A stretch of 63,992 nucleotides of DNA, counting the filler, from Reticulomyxa filosa (taxonomy: Eukaryota; Protista; Foraminifera): the NCBI GenBank assembly GCA_000512085.1. It is 13 parts of 13 records of this genome, joined end to end, with 100 filler letters (N's around TTAATTAATTAA, not from the genome) between each part and the next. Parts side by side here need not be neighbours in the genome. Positions count along the whole stretch, not along the records: positions 61,655 to 63,992 come from ASPP01018893.1; 12 more parts are not named here. One strand, 5' to 3'. The notes below the pieces were generated by a model. The model was not told the origin of the DNA. It saw nothing but the letters and a program-made list of their open reading frames with translations, and searched no databases. Within the stretch, counting starts at the first letter, position 1, and each line of letters opens with the position of its first letter. Positions 61,555 through 63,992 of the stretch are shown here, in pieces. The position numbers and the translations under genes are program-made.

Positions 61555-61654
61555 NNNNNNNNNNNNNNNNNNNNNNNNNNNNNNNNNNNNNNNNNNNNTT
61601 AATTAATTAANNNNNNNNNNNNNNNNNNNNNNNNNNNNNNNNNNNNNNNNNNNN
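61555..61654. other. Artificial contig linker
   Basis: N44-TTAATTAATTAA-N44. Confidence 0.99.
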
Positions 61655-62590
61655 TCATCCAACAAAAAAAAAAGTTATTAAAAAACCAATATCATATTTA
61701 AAAACTATAAGATTTGTAGATATTTTTAAAAAAAATAATTAGGTCTAAATGTTGATTTTTCATGTAGAAAATCAATTATCATCATAAGATATCGTTTTAG
61801 GCGTTCAGTTTTCTTTGCAACTTACTGTATCTTCAAAATTATTAACAATTGCAACAATCAAGAGAAGATAATTTAATCTATGCAAAAATACTTAAAAATT
61901 TTGTCATGTTTATTGTATAAGCTTCCTATTTGAATATTTCTATTTACTTTGTCTTCATTTTGTCGCATCTTGCTGCAATTTTTTTAAAAAAAGACAAATT
62001 GATATCAAATAAGAGATCATTTGAATTGTATATCTCCCTTTGTTTTTTTAAAGAATTACTGAAAAAGAATAAAATTATTACATTGAATATGTAACAGCAA
62101 CGAGCATCAATGTTAATTTGTATACTTTCGAAAGTGCCATTCACGAAGAAAAAAGATGGAGCAAGAAAAGTACTCAAAGGTTGTACTGGTAGCAAGTTTA
62201 TTTACTTTTCATCCTTTTTTGCAAGTGAACTTTGAATTAAAGATTAAAGTCTTTCCCTTTTTGTAGGAAACGACCAAGTAAGAATAAATATGTCCCATTC
62301 TTTTTTTTTGTGTGAAAGTTACAAATAAAGTCTCATGTTTAACAATAAATGTTTTATCTACTTTCTCACGTGGTTTCAGTAATTAGAACATACTCTCATT
62401 TTTAATTTTAATAGTAAAAACAACTTTTTAAATTAATTTTTTTTTCAAATGGTGTGATTTTTGTACCAAAAAAAAATTAGAACCACAACAAAACTTCCCC
62501 AGTTCAAAAAAACTCCAAAAAAACCCCCAGAATCAATTCTCTACATCATCTACTTAAGAAACCAAGAACTAAAAGAAAAAACTGAGTAAG

Positions 62591-63992
62591 ATGGAAGAAG
62601 AGAAAAGTAAAGACAATGCAAAACTAGACTTGAAGTCAATTACTGAGCAACAGGCTTGCTTTGACAAAAATTGGATTTTACAATTGAATAAACAAGAAGA
62701 CATTCACGATTTCATTTGTTTGATTTGCAAACAAGTGGCCAACAACCCAATGGAAATTAATTGTACTCAACATAAAAACATGGATGAATCATTGATCGTC
62801 GGAGAGAATTGCTTGAATCAATTCATTAGTCAAAACCCAAATTCTTGTCCAGTCGAACCGCATGATAACTGTTCGTATTCTCAAGGTCGAGTGGCGAAGC
62901 GATATATTAATGAATTGGATGTTATATGTCCACGACAATTTCAACAAGAACAAGAACAACAACAACTACAAATGTCAACACAACAAGGACATGAAGAAGG
63001 AGAAACATCTGGAATTGTTATTTGTGATTTCAAAGGAAAAGTGAAACATGTGAATGATCATTTGGAACATTCTTGTTGTTTACAAATGGTTAAATGTTGG
63101 TTTGAATCATTTGGATGCAATCACACATGTTTGAAATCTGCGATTAATGATCATTTGACATCAAATATGAAATTACATTTTGATTTGGTTATCAAATCAT
63201 TTGATGAATTACAACAAACAATTCGACAATATCAGGTATCATTTTATTCATTATTTTAACAAAAAAAAATCTGTTCATTTTGAAAAAAAATAAAAATAGG
63301 AAGAAATTAATAAATCAAATTTGGAAAATAAAACACTTAAAGTGGAATTAAAATTGAAAGTGAAAAAAGATGAAGAAATTGCACATTTGAAACAACAATT
63401 GGAGCAATATCAAAAAGGCAATCTACAATTAATATCTGCTCATGTTTAATATATATATATTCTTTGCTTTTATTTGATTCAAAAATATCAAAAATAAAAG
63501 TAATAATAATAATTAAACAGAAAACAACATTGATTGAAATCGGATCAAAAGATAGTGAAATTCAAAAAATAAAACAAGAAATTCAATTAAAAGAAAAACA
63601 AATAATTGAACAACAAAAACATTTTGGACAAATCAATGAAAATAAAGAAGAGCAAAAACAAATTATTATTTATCATAATTCATCAGCAATTATTAACACA
63701 TCATCCACTTTAGATTTCAAATTACTACGTTCTTTCAAATTACTTAATACATTCACTGGACATACAGACATTGTGTCGAGTATTGATTATTCAACATTTG
63801 ATGACTGTCAATTCATTTGTTCTGGATCAAAAGATAAAACAATTCGTGTATGGGATGTTGATAACAAAAAACAAATTCAATCATTCAATGAACATTCAAA
63901 TAATGTAAATTGTGTGAAATTTTCATCATATTATTATCATAATCATCATCAAAATGTCATTTGTTCTTCATCAAGTGACAGAACCATTCGTT
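62591..63992 (+). CDS. TRAF7-like RING/TRAF Zn-finger/coiled-coil/WD40 protein (in frame; runs off the window)
   Basis: Exon 1 (to 63235): [45 protein letters not shown]. Two phase-0 introns; coiled coil; then [30 protein letters not shown]. Confidence 0.88.

Noticed and set aside
8950-61654. Twelve identical TTAATTAATTAA palindromes flanked by N runs, looking like a regular repeat or array
   Set aside because: Exact N44-12mer-N44 six-frame-stop linkers added when contigs were concatenated; not biological.
56774-63992. Apparent ubiquitin-ligase cluster (cullin, giant E3-like, TRAF7-like)
   Set aside because: The three genes sit on three different contigs separated by linkers, so adjacency is not demonstrated.
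1-63992. rRNA, tRNA, CRISPR arrays, transposase or reverse transcriptase genes
   Set aside because: No supporting motifs seen by eye; small ncRNAs cannot be excluded without covariance-model searches.

Overview
This is AT-rich eukaryotic genomic DNA with short spliceosomal introns. It is not one locus: 13 contig pieces are joined by 12 artificial 100-bp linkers (N44-TTAATTAATTAA-N44), so gene order across a linker means nothing. The gene families and intron style strongly resemble the foraminiferan Reticulomyxa filosa; this is an inference from remembered family signatures and was not verified. Conserved genes (several cut by contig ends): Furry/MOR2 C-terminus, TMEM151-like, PhoD phosphatase, TMEM135, TMEM43, Exo84, EME1, axonemal dynein IC WDR63, LeuRS, ProP-like MFS transporter, MRH-EGF sorting receptor, SRP68, cullin, and a giant ZZEF1/HECTD4-like fragment. 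Mixed among these are expanded lineage-specific families and their pseudogenes. Three features stand out. (1) A spastin-type AAA ATPase appears to be fused into a PDZ-FYVE-PDZ-MIT-AAA protein. (2) One WD40 propeller family carries either a TRAF-like RING/Zn-finger/coiled-coil head (TRAF7-like) or a short F-box/SOCS-box-like head, and is hypervariable just after each GH motif. (3) There are caspase-fold genes: one decayed copy retaining His/Cys codons and one catalytically dead copy fused to TPRs, each head-to-head with a WD40/TRAF-like gene. Together (2) and (3) suggest an uncharacterised innate-immune or ubiquitin-signalling repertoire. Many single-base frameshifts lie in homopolymers and may be sequencing errors. 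All domain calls are by eye; no searches were run.
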